In this document: positions 28,800 through 43,947 of the stretch, piece after piece | Position numbering within the stretch: the stretch's first letter is position 1 | Layout: every line of letters begins with the position of its first letter | DNA from: Octopus vulgaris | Taxonomy: Eukaryota | Reading direction: 5' to 3' | Length of the DNA: 64,000 nucleotides | Assembly: GCA_951406725.2 (NCBI GenBank) | Contig: OX597826.1 | Span: 31,682,001-31,746,000 of the forward strand | The notes under the pieces: model-generated | Databases searched by the model: none | What the model was told of the DNA's origin: nothing | What the model saw: only the letters and a program-made list of their open reading frames with translations | Position numbers and translations under genes: made by a program

Positions 28800-29065
28800 A
28801 GACAATTTACAAAAAAAAAAAACAAACAAAAAAACAAAACAAATGATGAAGACCGGTGTATAAACAACAAACGGATGTATTAGCTTAACGCTCTGGAAGT
28901 GACAAAGTCTTTTACGTTTCGAGCCTACGCGCTTCGACAGAAACGAACACAGAAATAAACAGGGACAGAAAATAAAAAAGGTTTAGTGGCTAACGCTCTG
29001 TCATGGTGAATGATGGACAGAGGGGTCACACAGGAGACCTAGGAAGAAAGGGAGATAATAAGGAA
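28800..29065 (-). mobile_element. Penelope-like pseudo-LTR fragment
   Basis: Minus strand TCGAAGCGCGTAGGCTCGAAACGTAAAAGAC; (TA)n flanks; duplicate at 49460-49722. Confidence 0.5.
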
Positions 29066-29066
29066 G

Positions 29067-29098
<32 letters not shown>

Positions 29099-29099
29099 T

Positions 29100-30572
29100 A
29101 CTTTTGTGTGTTTGTATGTCTTTCTGTCTGTGTTCCACACCATCGCTTGACAACCGATGTTGGTATGTTTACGTCCCCATAACTTAGTGGTTCGGTAAAA
29201 GACACCATAGAATAAGTACTAAGCTTACAAAATATAAGTCTTGGGGTCGATTTATTCGACATAAAAGCCCTTGAACGCGGTGCTCCAGCATGACCGCAGT
29301 CAAGACTGAAACAAGTAAAAGAATAAAAATGAATAATTAATATTCAATTATATAACACTACCAAACCACATAACTCAGTAGGCACTACTGAGATAGTCAT
29401 GGTCTGGGTCAATGATGGACGAACCCTGTCTACATATTTGCCACCTATAAAACCACGCAACACATAGTTTATAAAAAAAAAGAAACATTCTGGGCACACG
29501 GTGATATACTTGGCGGTACAGCAAAAACTTCTGTTCTACTGCAGGTACAATGCCCGAAATTTTTGGGGAGGGGCCAGTCGATTAGATTGACCCCTGTACG
29601 CAATTGGTACTTAATTTATCGACCCTGAAAGGATGAAAGCTAAGGTCGACATCGGCCAAATTTGAACTCAGAACACAAAGACTGACGAAATACCTGTTTC
29701 TTTACTACACACAGAGAGGACAAACAAGGACAGACAAACGGATTAAGTCGATTATATCGACCTCAGTGCGTAACTTGTACTTATTTAATCGACCCCGAAA
29801 GGATGAAAGGCAAAGTCGACCTCGGCGGAATTTGAACTGAGAACGTAACGCCAGATGAAATACGGCTACGCATTTCGCCCGGCGTGCTAACGTTTCTGCC
29901 AGCTCGCCGCTTCAAAACTAGCAGAAAATTATTGAAAACATCATATCTGAAAAATATCCAAAGGAGTGAATATTTAGTGCAGATGTAACATCAAAATATA
30001 TCTTTGTTACTTGTTTCAGTCATTGGATTGCAGCCATGCTGGGGCACCACTTTGGAAGGCACAGTTGAACAAATTTACGCCAATACATATTTTTTTAAAG
30101 TCTGGTATTATATCTGCCACTTTTGCAAAAAGAAGGTTAAAGAGAAGTAAACAAACCAATATCGGTTGTCAAACGCAAGAACACACACACAGGCTATACA
30201 CAGTTTCCGTTTACCAAATTTGCTCACAAGTCATTGGTTAGATCGGGGCTACAGTAAAAACGAAAACACTAGCGCAACATGCCACACTGCGTGATTCAAT
30301 CCCATTTGGGTGCATAGCGAGCGTCTTGGCGACACACCCATGTCGACAAAAGTTTTCCACATTTTGTAAATCAGTAGAGTTTCAATAAATAACTGACGTG
30401 CTTAATATTCGTTTTGAAATTTGGCACTAGGCTAATAATTTTAGGGGAGGGTTAAGTCGATTGCATCGACCCCAGTGTTCAACTGGTACTTATCTTATCG
30501 ACCCCGAAGTGATGAAAGGCACAGTTAACCTCAGCGGAATTTGAACTCAGTATGTAAACACGGACGAAATGC
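29100..30572. mobile_element. Cluster of tRNA-SINE fragments in both orientations
   Basis: SINE cores at about 29100-29330 (+), 29530-29910 (-), 30005-30345 (-) and 30415-30572 (-); duplicated at about 49740-51215. Confidence 0.8.
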
Positions 30573-30670
30573 TCCCTTAACTAGTGTTCATAATATTGTT
30601 AAAGCAACATACCTTAGTGATCATAACATTGACAACATGAACAATAATTTCATATAAGCTGTAAACTTAC

Positions 30671-30780
30671 CTGTATTAACGGCAATCCTTTCTAAAGCCA
30701 CAAATTATTTTTTGTGTGCTTATATACGTGAACGCGTTTGTGTGCGTTTGTATGTGCATGTAAGTGAGAGAAGAAGAAGG
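30671..30780 (-). other. Putative non-coding first exon of copy A
   Basis: Strong donor CAG|GTAAGT at 30671/30670, and the ATG exon has an acceptor TTCTAG| at 26294. The paralogous donor is CAG|GTAGGT at 51316. The upstream boundary is a guess. Confidence 0.4.
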
Positions 30781-31299
30781 AGAAAGAGAGAAGGAAAGGG
30801 CGAAAGAGAGAGAGAGAGAGAATGTATGAAGAATGAAATGTATTTGTGAAAATGCGTTTGTAGGGACAGTTCTCAAAGAAAACCGTAAATATTTGTTTTC
30901 ATATCAAAATAAAACAAAGAAGCACAAGGCTATCCAAGACAAAGTAATGATATTTGTTAATCCTGCCTCGCTCGGCTTTGCTCCACTACTTAACAAATTC
31001 GCGCATATATTAAAGTATAGTGGGCCAGTAAATGTTTACCACTCTTCTTTTTACCATTTGACCTCATTGTTTTGTATTAAATGTCGCAATTTTAAGTTAT
31101 TTATATTTATAACATTTGACAGTGTAGACATGTAAAGGAGTAAAGTATTCCATATCTAGTTTTAGCAAGAAAGCGTATAACTTGTCATTTCATATATTCA
31201 TTTAACAAATTATCAATGTTATAGACTTCTAAAGGTTAAATAGAAATTCAGTGAAGCTAAAATTAAGCAAACAATTATATATATATATATATATCTGAC

Positions 31300-33700
31300 C
31301 CAATATTCCTGATTAATTGATTGTTCAGGTAACTCCTCCATAGATTCCTCTCAGAATTAAACGTCAATACACTTTCTGGTTGGGTTCCTAAGTTTGATCA
31401 AATGTGGATGTGGATATTATGTACAACCTTCTCATTCTTGGTCGACCAATAAGTCTCCTGCTTGTTTTGTCGTCTTGAGGAATCAGTTTCGCAATTCTTT
31501 TCTGAAGCGTTCTAATCACATGTCCAAAGTATCGTAGTTCTCAATAAGAGAACATAGCGACTTAAAACGCAGAGAATTCCTGATTTCTGAGTTACATGTC
31601 TTGTCAAGTAACGTTACATCAATGATTCTTCGGCGAACCCCCATTTTGATGTGGGTCCCGCATCTCTATCTCTTTTGTGCTTCAGGTACTTGGTTGATAT
31701 TTCCTGTTCCTGTATTGCAAACGCGTACCCTTCAAAGTGGGAGGTAGTAATCTGGCTATTGGTCCATGATAAACTGCTTTGATGATCGATGTTACTATCA
31801 GCACGGAGCTTTCAACTAACATATCCATGCATAGTCTTCTGTTCATATAGGCTCATCCTTTCATCTGATGATACGTTGCGGTAGAGTTGTGCAACTTGTT
31901 TGGGAATGTATTCTAGTTTATCAGACAGAGTGTTGCTCAAAGAGCTGCATTTCAAGTCTTATGATGTTATCAGCCTCATGTATACAAACTTGGTCAAGAG
32001 ATGCACTTGGTGGTTAAAAGATGTTGCCGGAAGGATATGATGCGACATTCAAAGGCATTTTGGATTGATGTTAAGCCTCTGCCGCCTTGTTTACGTTTTT
32101 GGTAAACGCGGTCTACATCACTGTTTATGTAGAAATTATGTGTGCTTGTTAGTATTTTTCAGGTTTTCACATCAATGGCTCGTATCTCATCAAGCGTCCA
32201 ATCAAGCAGCCCAAATGTTGGTATGAGTACGAGCACTACATTGTGGGTCACTGTTTTATTGTATCCTGAGACCTTTGAGGTCCAAAGTTTCTTTATTCGG
32301 TTGTAATATTCTTTAGAGACACGTGTTTTGCTACAGGTGTCATTGTATGATATATTTTCATCCACCCCTAGATAGCTGTAACATTCCTCGTCAGATACAG
32401 AGGAAACAGTCAAATCATTGATGGAGATGTTACTTGTCTGGTTTATAATCTTCCCCCTTTCAACAACCACATAACAACATTTATCCTGACCAAACTCCAA
32501 CATCATTTAAGATTGTTGTAACTAGGTGAAGGCTCTTTTTAATCTCCTGCATATTCTTTGCATAAAGTTTTACGTCATCCACAAAAAATAGTGTGTAATT
32601 TGGTATCCAAGTGAACCAGTGAGATATCCTTCAAGTTCCTTAATATGAATGACAAGGGGTTTACAGAAAGTATAAACAACATCACAAAGAGGCTGTCCCC
32701 TTGGACTATGCCTTTGCGATATTGTATCCTGTTGGTGATAACACAATCGTTACTCTTTGTGTTTAATTTCAAGATGATGGCCCACGATGAAGTCAGGTCA
32801 GCTATGGCTTTGACTATTCTCACTGGAACTTTAGTAAGTTGAAGGGCTTCTAGCACCCATGAGTGGGGAACATAGCCAAAGGCTTTCTTGTAATCTAACC
32901 ACATTGAAACTTGGTTCTTCTTATGCTCCCGCACCTCTAACATCACAGTTTTGTTGATTAGCAATTGCTCGGCACATCCCCAGACTCCCTTTTCTCCAGC
33001 TGCATGTTCTGCTGTGATAATATTATTGGTTTCACAATGGTCTTGGAGGAAGGGGTTTAAACATGATATGTATATCTTATACATTAAGTTCTGGTATGCA
33101 ATTGTCTAGTAGTTTGTTTGTCATGTGCGTGATTCTGTATTTGAGGATCAATTTTGTCTCTACCAGAGCTAACCAGTGTGGTATGCTACGGTTCCCAATG
33201 AAAGCTTAGTGATACAGATTGATAAGATATGATCGGTAGAATGTTAGCTTCTTGTACCAATATCCAACAATCAAGTCTCTCCAGGTGCTTTTCCATCCTG
33301 GAGTTTCTGGATCACAGTTGCAAGAGCTTCACCATCAATGTTGTATGTCTTGGATGTAACGCACAGCAATAACTCTTCCGAATTCTTTGAAGTCACAGAG
33401 CATCTTGGTTAAATTCCTTCACTTCCCTCTAGATTTTCCCCAGAAGGAGTCTATGTCTTCTCGTGAAGGAGCTTCCATGATATTTATTGCTCCTCCTCTC
33501 ATGTCTCTGTATACTTATGCCTGGTTGCGGTTAATTTTTTTTGTTTATTTTTCTTCCCTCGGTTATTCTCTTCAGATATCGGAGTTTTTCACTGACAGCT
33601 TTTAGCTCCTGCTTTAGGGTAATCAGTTTGCAAGTGAGTGTCCCCGTTTTGCTGTCACCAAACATCATTTCTATCTCCTTCTTTACTTTCTGTTGGTGGG
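31300..33700 (-). mobile_element. Degenerate R4/Dong-like non-LTR retrotransposon RT
   Basis: GCAEQLLIN...MWLDYKKAFGYVPHSWV...GIVQGDSL...FGQDKC...YSYLGV with frameshifts and stops; abuts an (AAT)n tract. Confidence 0.8.
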
Positions 33701-33719
33701 ACGTATAATAATAATGATG

Positions 33720-33826
<107 letters not shown>

Positions 33827-33848
33827 AATAATCATAATAATAATAATA

Positions 33849-33891
<43 letters not shown>

Positions 33892-33892
33892 T

Positions 33893-34320
33893 AATATTCC
33901 TTTCTTTATTAGCCACACGAGCCGTCAAAAATCAGATTGGACGCTACAAAGCATGACGGACAAAATAGGGTTACATAAAGTGTCATGTAAAATGTGAAGA
34001 ACAATGAAAAGTATAACAAAGAAAATGCCTAAAAGCGGCAAGCAACGTTCACCACATTCTCTCACCTTTTAACAAAATTGCTGGAAGTCAGCACTTCTCT
34101 CTCAACCCCCACTTTCCTAAAAGTTGATGAGGGATAGGCCAAAGAGAAAAAGTATTTCTCTTCAGTTCTTTCAGTCTAGACCACCACACAACCTCTTTCG
34201 CTACAGCCACGAGGCAGATGGAAATTGTTTTCCCTTTCCGGCTTAAGGAAGGCAGAGGAGAAATCTACATAATAGAATCAGCCGACAGGCGGCCATGTTT
34301 TACACCTGACAGCAGGTATT
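33893..34320 (-). mobile_element. Tx1-like 3' fragment ending in (ATT)n
   Basis: Translation ICLVAVAKEVVWWSRLK...LINF resembles the 10668 element; 3' end GTGGCTAATAAAGAAAGGAATATTATT; duplicate at 54497-54920. Confidence 0.7.
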
Positions 34321-34467
34321 GTATGTTTTACTGGTTGATTAAATAGCAAAAGATTCATCCTTACAAGTATATATACAATATATATACATACAGGAAAAAA
34401 GAATATAAAGAATAAAAAAATAAAGAATAAAAATTTTATATATATATATGTTAAGAATGCAAAACCA

Positions 34468-34926
34468 CGTGTGAAGAAGGAGAAGAAGAAGAAGAAGAAG
34501 CAGAAAAAGAAGAAGAAAAGAAGAAGAAGAAGAAGAAGGAGGAGGAGGAGAACAAGAAGAAGAAGAAAAAGAAGAAGAAGAAGAAGAAAAAGAAGAAGAA
34601 GAAGAATAATAAGAAGAAGCAGCAGCAGCAGCAGCAACAACAACAGCAAAACAAGAAAGAGGGCGAAGAAATGGAAGGAGTAGAACAGAAAAAAGAAAAA
34701 GTAAATGAAATAAAGAGAAAATATAAATATCTGAAATGTAAAATAAAAAAAGTAAAAAATAAGATTAATAGTAATTGGGAACAGTGGGGAGAAGATTTGA
34801 GTTTATCAAAAATATCCAAATGGAAGATTCAGGAATGGTCACTATTCTTGTGTTCTTCTCAAAAGTTGACCTGGGTTACGAGGTCACCTCTTCAGTTCTC
34901 ACAGGTAGGATGGTATATATACACAT

Positions 34927-34986
<60 letters not shown>

Positions 34987-35119
34987 GCACACACATATAT
35001 ATATATATATATATACATATGCACATATACAAATACACATATACATATATCACTATGCATATATAGTGATATATAAAAAAATATAGCGGCGTACGTACAC
35101 TTTGGTCTCTTATATGTAA

Positions 35120-35150
<31 letters not shown>

Positions 35151-35394
35151 ATAAAGGGTAAAATTAATTAATTAATTAGTAATTAATAATGCTTCCAAGT
35201 TGTGTTCAGCATGTTAAAAGGACCATTTTCGGTAAACTTAAACATTACTTTTTATAATTATGAGTATAATTATAATTAGGGTTCAGCAAAAAGAATTTGC
35301 TTTGCCACATACCGAACTTTTAGAAATAGCAGCCAAATAACTTAGCTGAACCCTAATTGTAATTATAATTATACTCATAATTATAAAAATTAAT

Positions 35395-35441
<47 letters not shown>

Positions 35442-35931
35442 TGTATTTGTGTATGTATGTGTATATATGGATATGTATATGTGTATGTGCATATATGCAT
35501 ATTTGTATATATGTATGTATGAGAGTGTGTATGTGTATGTATATGTGTGTGTGAATACGTGTATGTATGCATATGTGTGTGTATATGCACATATAGGTAT
35601 ATATATATATGTGTGTATGTGTATATGCGTATGTATATATACACCATCCTACCTGTGAGAACTGAAGAGGTGACCTCGTAACCCAGGTCAACTTTTGACA
35701 AGAACACAAGAATAGTGACCATTCCTGAATTTTCCATTTGGTTATTCTTGATAAACTCAAATCTTCTCCCCACTGTTCCCAATTACTATTAATCTTATTT
35801 TTTATTTTTATTTCTTATTTAATATATTTATATTTTCGCTTGATTTAATTACTTTCTTCTCTACTTTTTTCTTTTTTCTCTTCTTCTCCTTCCCCTTCTT
35901 CGCCTTCTTTCTTCCTTCATTTTGCAGCTGC

Positions 35932-35968
<37 letters not shown>

Positions 35969-36038
35969 CTTCTTCTTCTTCTTCTTCTTCTTCTTCTTCT
36001 TCTTCTATCCTTCTTCTTCTTCTTCTTCTTCACACATG
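34468..36038. repeat. Long imperfect inverted repeat just downstream of the copy B stop codon
   Basis: About 34468-35060 is the reverse complement of about 35437-36038, including the unique segment GGGAACAGTGGGGAGAAGATTTGAG...CAGGTAGGATGG. Confidence 0.85.
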
Positions 36039-36069
36039 CTACTACTGTACATGGCTGGGTTACACTACA

Positions 36070-38022
36070 TCAAGTCTTCAATTTGTTCAAATCTTCAAAG
36101 GTTTGAGGTAAGCCTTTATCTTTTGTTTCTGGCAGTAAGAGCAACGACATGCCGGATATAACAGAAAGGGCGCCATAGATACTTAGAGGAAGCCATTTGA
36201 CATAGGATGAGAGCAGAAGTATAAAGGGTGCGCATATTCCACCGATCCGGGCACACACTGACGCAACACCTAAACCGTTTGTTCTGAAAGCAAAAATAAT
36301 GTAGGTTAGTATGTACATATTTCCAGTGGGTTTCAATAATCTTTTATTTGCTTTAATAATTAGATTATACAAATAGAAATGCAGTTAAACATGAAGTTTT
36401 GATGAGTTTAAGCCTGTAGCATTGAGATATTATTGAAAATATATATTGTCTATCTTCTCTTTTGCAAAGAATTAAAGTTTTATTATTCAGTTACACTTAA
36501 GTACATAGGTATATACGTGATATAGTGAAATTAGGAATTAATGGTGAGAAGAACAAATCATAGCCATATAGTTTGTGTAACAAAACAAACAGCGACATGA
36601 TATGTTGTCCAAATTACGCGATGATATGATTTAGTCTATTAATTTAATTCAAAATGTCGTGAAGTGATGTGTTTTGGTAAATTCATGGTGAGATAAGCAA
36701 AAAATATAAAGTAACTTTTTAAAATGGCGAATTCATGGTGAGATAAGCAAAAAATATGAAGTAACTTTTTAAAATGGCGAATTCATGGTGAGAGGATGAA
36801 CCAATAACAGTTAATGCATCTGGTAGAGACACTGAACACAGTTGGATCATATGTAGCTAAGAGATCGCTATGAAACTTACCTAACAATTGTTGGAAATAT
36901 TTCTGCCGATAAAAGATAAATTGCGGCAAACGCTGCAGAGATGCACAACTTTCCCAGAACAACCAGAATCAGAGGAAACCAGAATGAACCTATAATACAA
37001 TAACAAACCTTAGATAATACAACATATCCCTCATAACATTAAATTCCATTCAACATCTATCATTCCGTTTTTGATACAGAGTCCCACTGTTTAGTTATAT
37101 TTATTATTATAAATATACATCTTAAGGCACATAAATATAGTGTGTAAGGCAAATATGATTTTCTTTATAAACAAAAAATTTAAAAACATTGATGTCTTAC
37201 GTATCATGAACTGCAATATTAACTTTTGGATTCTCTCTATTAAATCTAGAATTCTCTAGATTAAACGAAGTGCTGGATCATAAGTTATTAAAGTGAAAGT
37301 TATTTTGAGCCATTCATTATCCAGGATTTACCGCACAAATTATACAGAACTCAAAGTTTGGATAGTTTCAATAAATATTTACTAAATATTTCATGTCAAT
37401 AAATATTTACTAAAAGTAGTTTATTAAAACTAACAGAGATATAATTGTTGAGCAAATGAATTCACCAAAGATAAAACAGACAAAATATCGAATCTAAATA
37501 ATGTAACTTGAGAAAGTAATTCTATCATGGATTTATTGATTGTACAATAAACTGAGCGTACAATCTCATGGTATATTAAAATCCAGAAAGAATATGGTGA
37601 GTACGTTCTGTTATTGGGTACGGAACGTTCGTATCTGTGATATACTTTACCTTCGGTTACAAAATTTGATACAATGTAATTTAATCCACTTAATATCATA
37701 AGGAGACAAATAGGCTTGCGATGGTCAAAACGTTTAAACAAATAATAAGAAAGTAAGAAGCTGGGGAATTCCACAATTTGCATCAAAAGGACGTTTATGT
37801 AGCGGTTTCCAGCCATATCAACGGAATTAAGGAGTACACCGTAGTATAACATACTGCAGACCATCCTGTGAATGAATAAGTTAACATCATATGACTAAAT
37901 GTGTTGTTTTTATTAGTATTACAAATGAAAGGTTTATATTAAAAATATGATATAATGTATCAAACATTTCTGTCAAACACAAATACGTCATACAATACGC
38001 GTACTCTCTCTCTTTCTCTCTC

Positions 38023-38053
<31 letters not shown>

Positions 38054-38993
38054 ACATACACACACACAGAGACACACACACACACACAGTAAATTATAAC
38101 TATAACAGATGTTCACCGAATCTTAATCTCAACAAAATACTACAATGGTTTATCGATATCAAAATGAACACCGAATAATAAGAATGATTTGTAGGGAACA
38201 TGTTTGTACATTACTTAAATACATTATGCTCCTGTCGATAATCCACGAACCGTCAATTATTGCTGATTGTATGTCTTACAGGATTTTTAACACGTCAAAT
38301 GTAGGTTGCATCTACCCGACTGGTGGTGAGGTGAGTAAGTATTCCTTCATTCATATTGCATTATGCCCGTCTCAATAACACTTATCCCTTAGTGATAGAT
38401 CCCGTTTACCAGTACATAATTACTTTGAAACGCCTTAATCACTGAATGTCCAATACATTTAATATCTGCATTCTTAGAATAAGGTACAGTGTATATAATA
38501 ACATTTATTTCTACAATGCTATTCTTCTAACAAAAGACTTTCGATCCGAGATAATCCTAAGTTCATCAATTATATTTATTGAAAAAAGAAAGTGATAAAA
38601 AAGATTTTGAAAGAAATATTTACCAGCAGAAGCAAATATTAAGTGTGATTAATGCAATCCGCCGTGTTTTAAATAGATCAATAAAAGTATAATTCTTTAC
38701 TTCGAGTAAATCTTTTCCTTCGGATATATTTTCTTGGAAACTATTCTTGAATAAAGTCTCCTCTTCGTTATTTGTAAAAATATCTAACATCTCCAGGTGT
38801 TCTTTTTTATTTTTCTTCATTATCTTTCGAAAAAGTGCTTTTACTTCTGTAAACCGTTTTCTGCCAATCAGCCATCGTGGAGATTCATGGAGAAACCTGA
38901 AGGTGTTCGATAAAAAGAGGCATGAAAAAAAATATTAGCAGTTAGGTATCGATGTAGGTGATTTTGTAAACAGGAATAATTTGAACACACACA

Positions 38994-39047
<54 letters not shown>

Positions 39048-41929
39048 GTTACGTGCAGGAAAAACATGATCTCATGGTTTTATTAACTGAGACTATGTGA
39101 ATTACACACTGAGGGCGATATTTCACAACGAAACATATTTTTCCTTAAAAGAAGAAACCTATTAAATTTGCTTGCAAATGTCACGCTTATTAATAAAAAC
39201 TAGTTCAGTTTTCTATGTCATGTTTGTCTTTTACGAGCTTCTTTGTAAGGACAGGACATCAATTCGGGTGTGTACTATGACCAACGGGACAAATTTAACG
39301 CAGCGATCGATCAGAAATGCCCAGCATCTGCTAATCATCTTTCTTTACGATAATGCCAGATTGTCGATTTCTCTGCAAATGCGGCAGAAGTTACTGTGAC
39401 TTAACTGGATAGTTTCACCGCACCCCTGTATCTACCCGACCTTGCACTTTCAGATTTCTACCTTTTTTTTGATCTCTTCAAAATTCATTGAATGAACAGA
39501 ACTTCAAGTCTGAAGTATCCACTATTGTTGATAAAATACATTTATTGTAAACATAGACATGCATATCGAACAAATAAAAGGAGGAACATGAAATAAAAAA
39601 ATATATTAAAATATAGGAAATAGTTTATGTAGAAATGAAACGAAAACGGATCCCAGTTTTATTCTTAATATTTGGTTTTTATTCTAGCAGGCAGATGTAA
39701 GTTGATGGAAAATAACGAAAACATCTTTGCATAAAATTAGAACTATGGACAATAAAAATTTTCTAAACAAAAATATACTTTACTCACATCCAAATGAAAA
39801 AATTGGTTATGGGCAGGAGGCAAATTATCAATTCTAAATAATGCCAGTCGGATATAACATAGGCAAACACTGTTACAAATATTATTCCTGACGAATATAG
39901 AGACGCGTACCAAAAACTAATAAGGGTACGTAGTTTTGAAGGCGCAGATTCCACAGCTGAAAAGTTAAGGAAATACATAAATATAGTTTGAATAATGTTT
40001 TAACAGTAAATTTAAAATATGTATTAATATATATGATAAAACAATGACTGCATGGAGACGTTCAAATGTTCACGTACTGTAACAGTACATTGACATGAAA
40101 ACTGAATGTAGTGTAATGAGAGTAAGTTATTCTGATAAAACCTGTAGCTTTCTAAATGAGCAAATATGGGAATAAGGCAAGTCAGTTCAGTACTATATTA
40201 ATTAAACTGTGGTTTCATTTAGGACAAAATATAGCTGGGGATTTCCAGAATACCGACGTCCTGAAGAGGGAGGATTAGGTATGTGCACAATATGGCAGTG
40301 AAAGAAGAGAAATTGGTGAGTTGGTACTGTTTGACTGTAAGGGGTACGACACAGACCATTTGTGATAAGACGAATCCATTGAAGGGGCAGTAAATAATGC
40401 AGGAAATGAAAACAGTTATCTTTGTCTAGACTTATTGACATAGACTTCAGGTCAGACATTTGGATGGCCGTTTTTGGATGCAGTTTAGGATGTTTGTATG
40501 TCTTGTAGTAGCATCATCCCAGACATACACCATTATGAGTTCGTGGAAGGATCGTTGTTGTTGGAACTTAAAATATTCCAAGCGCTGAAGAGTAAGGTCA
40601 GTCTTTGTGCTGCTCCTCAGTTGAGAGTGTTCGTTCTTCCACAGTAATCCTCAGTGATGTGTAATACATATAGATTTCTACGTCTGCCTATATGTGTGAT
40701 ACATATAGAATTTAAGGAGATTCAGAAATATCATTATTTTAAGTGGATGAATTGACTGATGCAAACAGATGGAGCTTACTGCACCATTGGACTGCGATGA
40801 CCACTGTATTACAGAAGACTATAGGATTTGTAAAGTGTGCGCAATATGGGTACCTTGGCAGCTGAAACTCAATTTGGAAGTAAAGAAAGGTGGAAGTCAG
40901 CTCTGATCTGCTTTAAGCGCTTGAAACCAACGAAGACAATTCGTATGTGGGGACAAGGAAAGAATCGTGAGCGTATCTTTATAATCTGGAAACGATTGTG
41001 CTATAACGTAAGGCGAACAATGATATTGTGCTCAGCTAATAACTTTATAAACGAACGAAGAAAACATTCTAAAGTGAATTGCAAAATGGCAAACTGTAAA
41101 TTGGGTTTTCCACGATGCAAAATGAACCGTGTGTACCATAGTAAGCGTGCAAAGGTGAAAAAGAATAAATCCACAACAATGAGTTGATGTATATCTAATG
41201 CCACTTGATAAAGTCCTTAAAGTGTCCCCTCAGACGAATTGACGTAAGCTTAAATAATAAACGATGTGGGAGTGAAAAACATCACATGAGAAAATCGTGT
41301 GCGCTGATTGGATGACACTTGATAAACAATGTTATGTGTCGAGACGACTGGAGTTGCTCAGAAAGCTCAGTCCACGAAATGGTGTCACATCTGTTCTCCA
41401 AGCCACAAGAGGTTTAAGAGTCAACAGCCTGCACAGAAGGTTAAGGTGTCTATATTTTAGGATGATATAAGGCGGCGAGCTGGTAGAAACGTTAGCACGC
41501 CGGGCGAAATTCGTAGCCGTATTTCGTCTGTCGTTACGTTCCGAGTTCAAATCCCGCCGAGGTCGACTTTGCCTTTCATCCTTTCGGGGTCGATAAGTTA
41601 AGTACCAGTTACGCACTGGGGTCGATGTAGTCGACTTAATCCCTTTGTCTGTCCTTGTTTGTCCCCTCTGTGTTTAGCCCCTTGTGGGTAGTAAAGAAAT
41701 ATATATTTTAGGATGATATTGACGTGGTTGAACCCAAATTTCGAATCCCACTTAAAAAGATGCAGATGTATACAACTGTAGTCGTTCTTCACAGCCACTT
41801 TCACCAAGTCTTTGTCATTGTAAGAACTCAGTCCGCTCCACCTTCAGTATCCGCCAAGATTGACAATAAATAGGGATATACTTGTACATGCATAGTCATA
41901 TACATACATACATACATACATACATACAT

Positions 41930-41961
<32 letters not shown>

Positions 41962-41970
41962 GCACACACA

Positions 41971-42006
<36 letters not shown>

Positions 42007-42041
42007 TGTATGTATGTATCTATCTATCTATCTATCAATCA

Positions 42042-42094
<53 letters not shown>

Positions 42095-43863
42095 AATAAA
42101 TAAATAAACACGCTCTCAACTTGGATGGTACTGCTTCTTTTAGCAGAAACAGTTGTAAGCAAAAGAAGTTGATTACATTATTCCTGTCTCATTAATATAT
42201 TAATACATGGATATACAGACACAAACACATGCGTGCGCGCACACACATACACACACACACACACACGCGCGCGCAAACACACATGTGTAGATACAAAGTT
42301 CAAACTATACAAGTTGTAAAGAAAAAACTAATACAAGTTGAGGAATAGTACTCTACCTGGACTTTCAATATTTTAGGTTTAGGACCACTTCTTCAGGAAA
42401 TTTTCGGTGTAAAGTTATTGATAGCTGATATCTATTATATGGTTTGTGTGTATAATACTAACCATTGACCCATTTTGTTAATATTTTATAACTTGTATTG
42501 TTTGGTTACATAAAAATTACTTAGCTCACACATATCAGACAATGCTTCATGTAAAGTATAGAACTCATATATATATATAAACCTTACTCAATGCAAAAGC
42601 GACAAGTAGAAAGGCGACGTGTCCAGCAGCTTGAATCCAAAGGAGAATGAGAAAAATAATCAAAGATGGTACGAAGATTTTGATAACTCCACTGACGACT
42701 AGGCATATGTTTGCCAATAATAAAATGGGTCTCCGACCAAATCTGTATATATAAAAATCCAGAAATATAATAAGTGTTATTTGTTTAGGAAATTCGTGTC
42801 ACATTCCATTTAGCGAGACAATAGTCATATTACATGAAAGAGGAAGCAGAAAGTTTCATTAAACATTAAAATTTCGTTGCCTGAAATGTTGGGCTTTCAT
42901 ATTAAAACAGAAAAATTCAACTACATACGTCATGTACAAAAATGGTAAAATCTCTTCCTTCGATGATGAATTTTACTATAATGTGGAAATTATTGAAACC
43001 TGCAAAAAGGTAAGGATTCTGGTGGAATGTACAAAACTTTAAACACAACGCGCTGGATTTATGTTAAGATAAAGAAAAGGTAAATTTCTCACCTGTCTGA
43101 TAAGGCCCCAAATACAATTGAACCAACAAGATAACCAGCAAAATAAACTGACTGCAAAGTGGATTTTAACCATTTTCTCTCACATACCAAATCAAACTGT
43201 AAGTAGATTAGTAACAATAGAACCGATTAAAACTCAAGAATTTTACGTAACTTTAAAAGAATATTGAAGCGTACAGTTTTAGCTTTCTCTTCTTAATTAA
43301 AAACTGAGAACGGAAATTACTCTTTATTTTGATGTGTATTTCCAGTTCTTTCAAGGATTCTGCTCCAGAAACCAATTTGTCATTCTAAATGGCAATATCA
43401 TTTGTCATATCAATTAACCATAATGAATCTTTAAAACTTAATTGGAAAGAATTTCATGATGTTTTATAGATATTAAAATTTATTAAATTTTTCATAGAAC
43501 ACACGTCGAAGAATATAAAGGTATATGTGTGGAATACAGATATACACGATGAAAACTGTTGATATCCTCTCGTAACGAAACAGATTTTAAGCAGTTGTCC
43601 CTCTCAAAAAGTCAACGCTTAGAAAATCATCTGGCGAGTTCTTGATACAGAAAACATCCCAGAAAAATTCTTCCATGTCAGCATACTACAAAAACCATTT
43701 CTAAATTCTCTCGTACTTCAAAACAGATAATTATTCACACTTACATCAAATCTATGCTTGCTATCATTATCGCATGAATATTTCAAAATTCCCTCTATCC
43801 ATCTTTATCTGTGTTTCTGCCGCTCTGTCTATCTCTCTGTCTGTTTCTGTCTGTCTGTCTGTC

Positions 43864-43947
<84 letters not shown>

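Noticed and set aside
42355-42405. Possible minus-strand hammerhead (CTGAAGA...GAAAG)
   Set aside because: I could not build convincing stems II, III and I.
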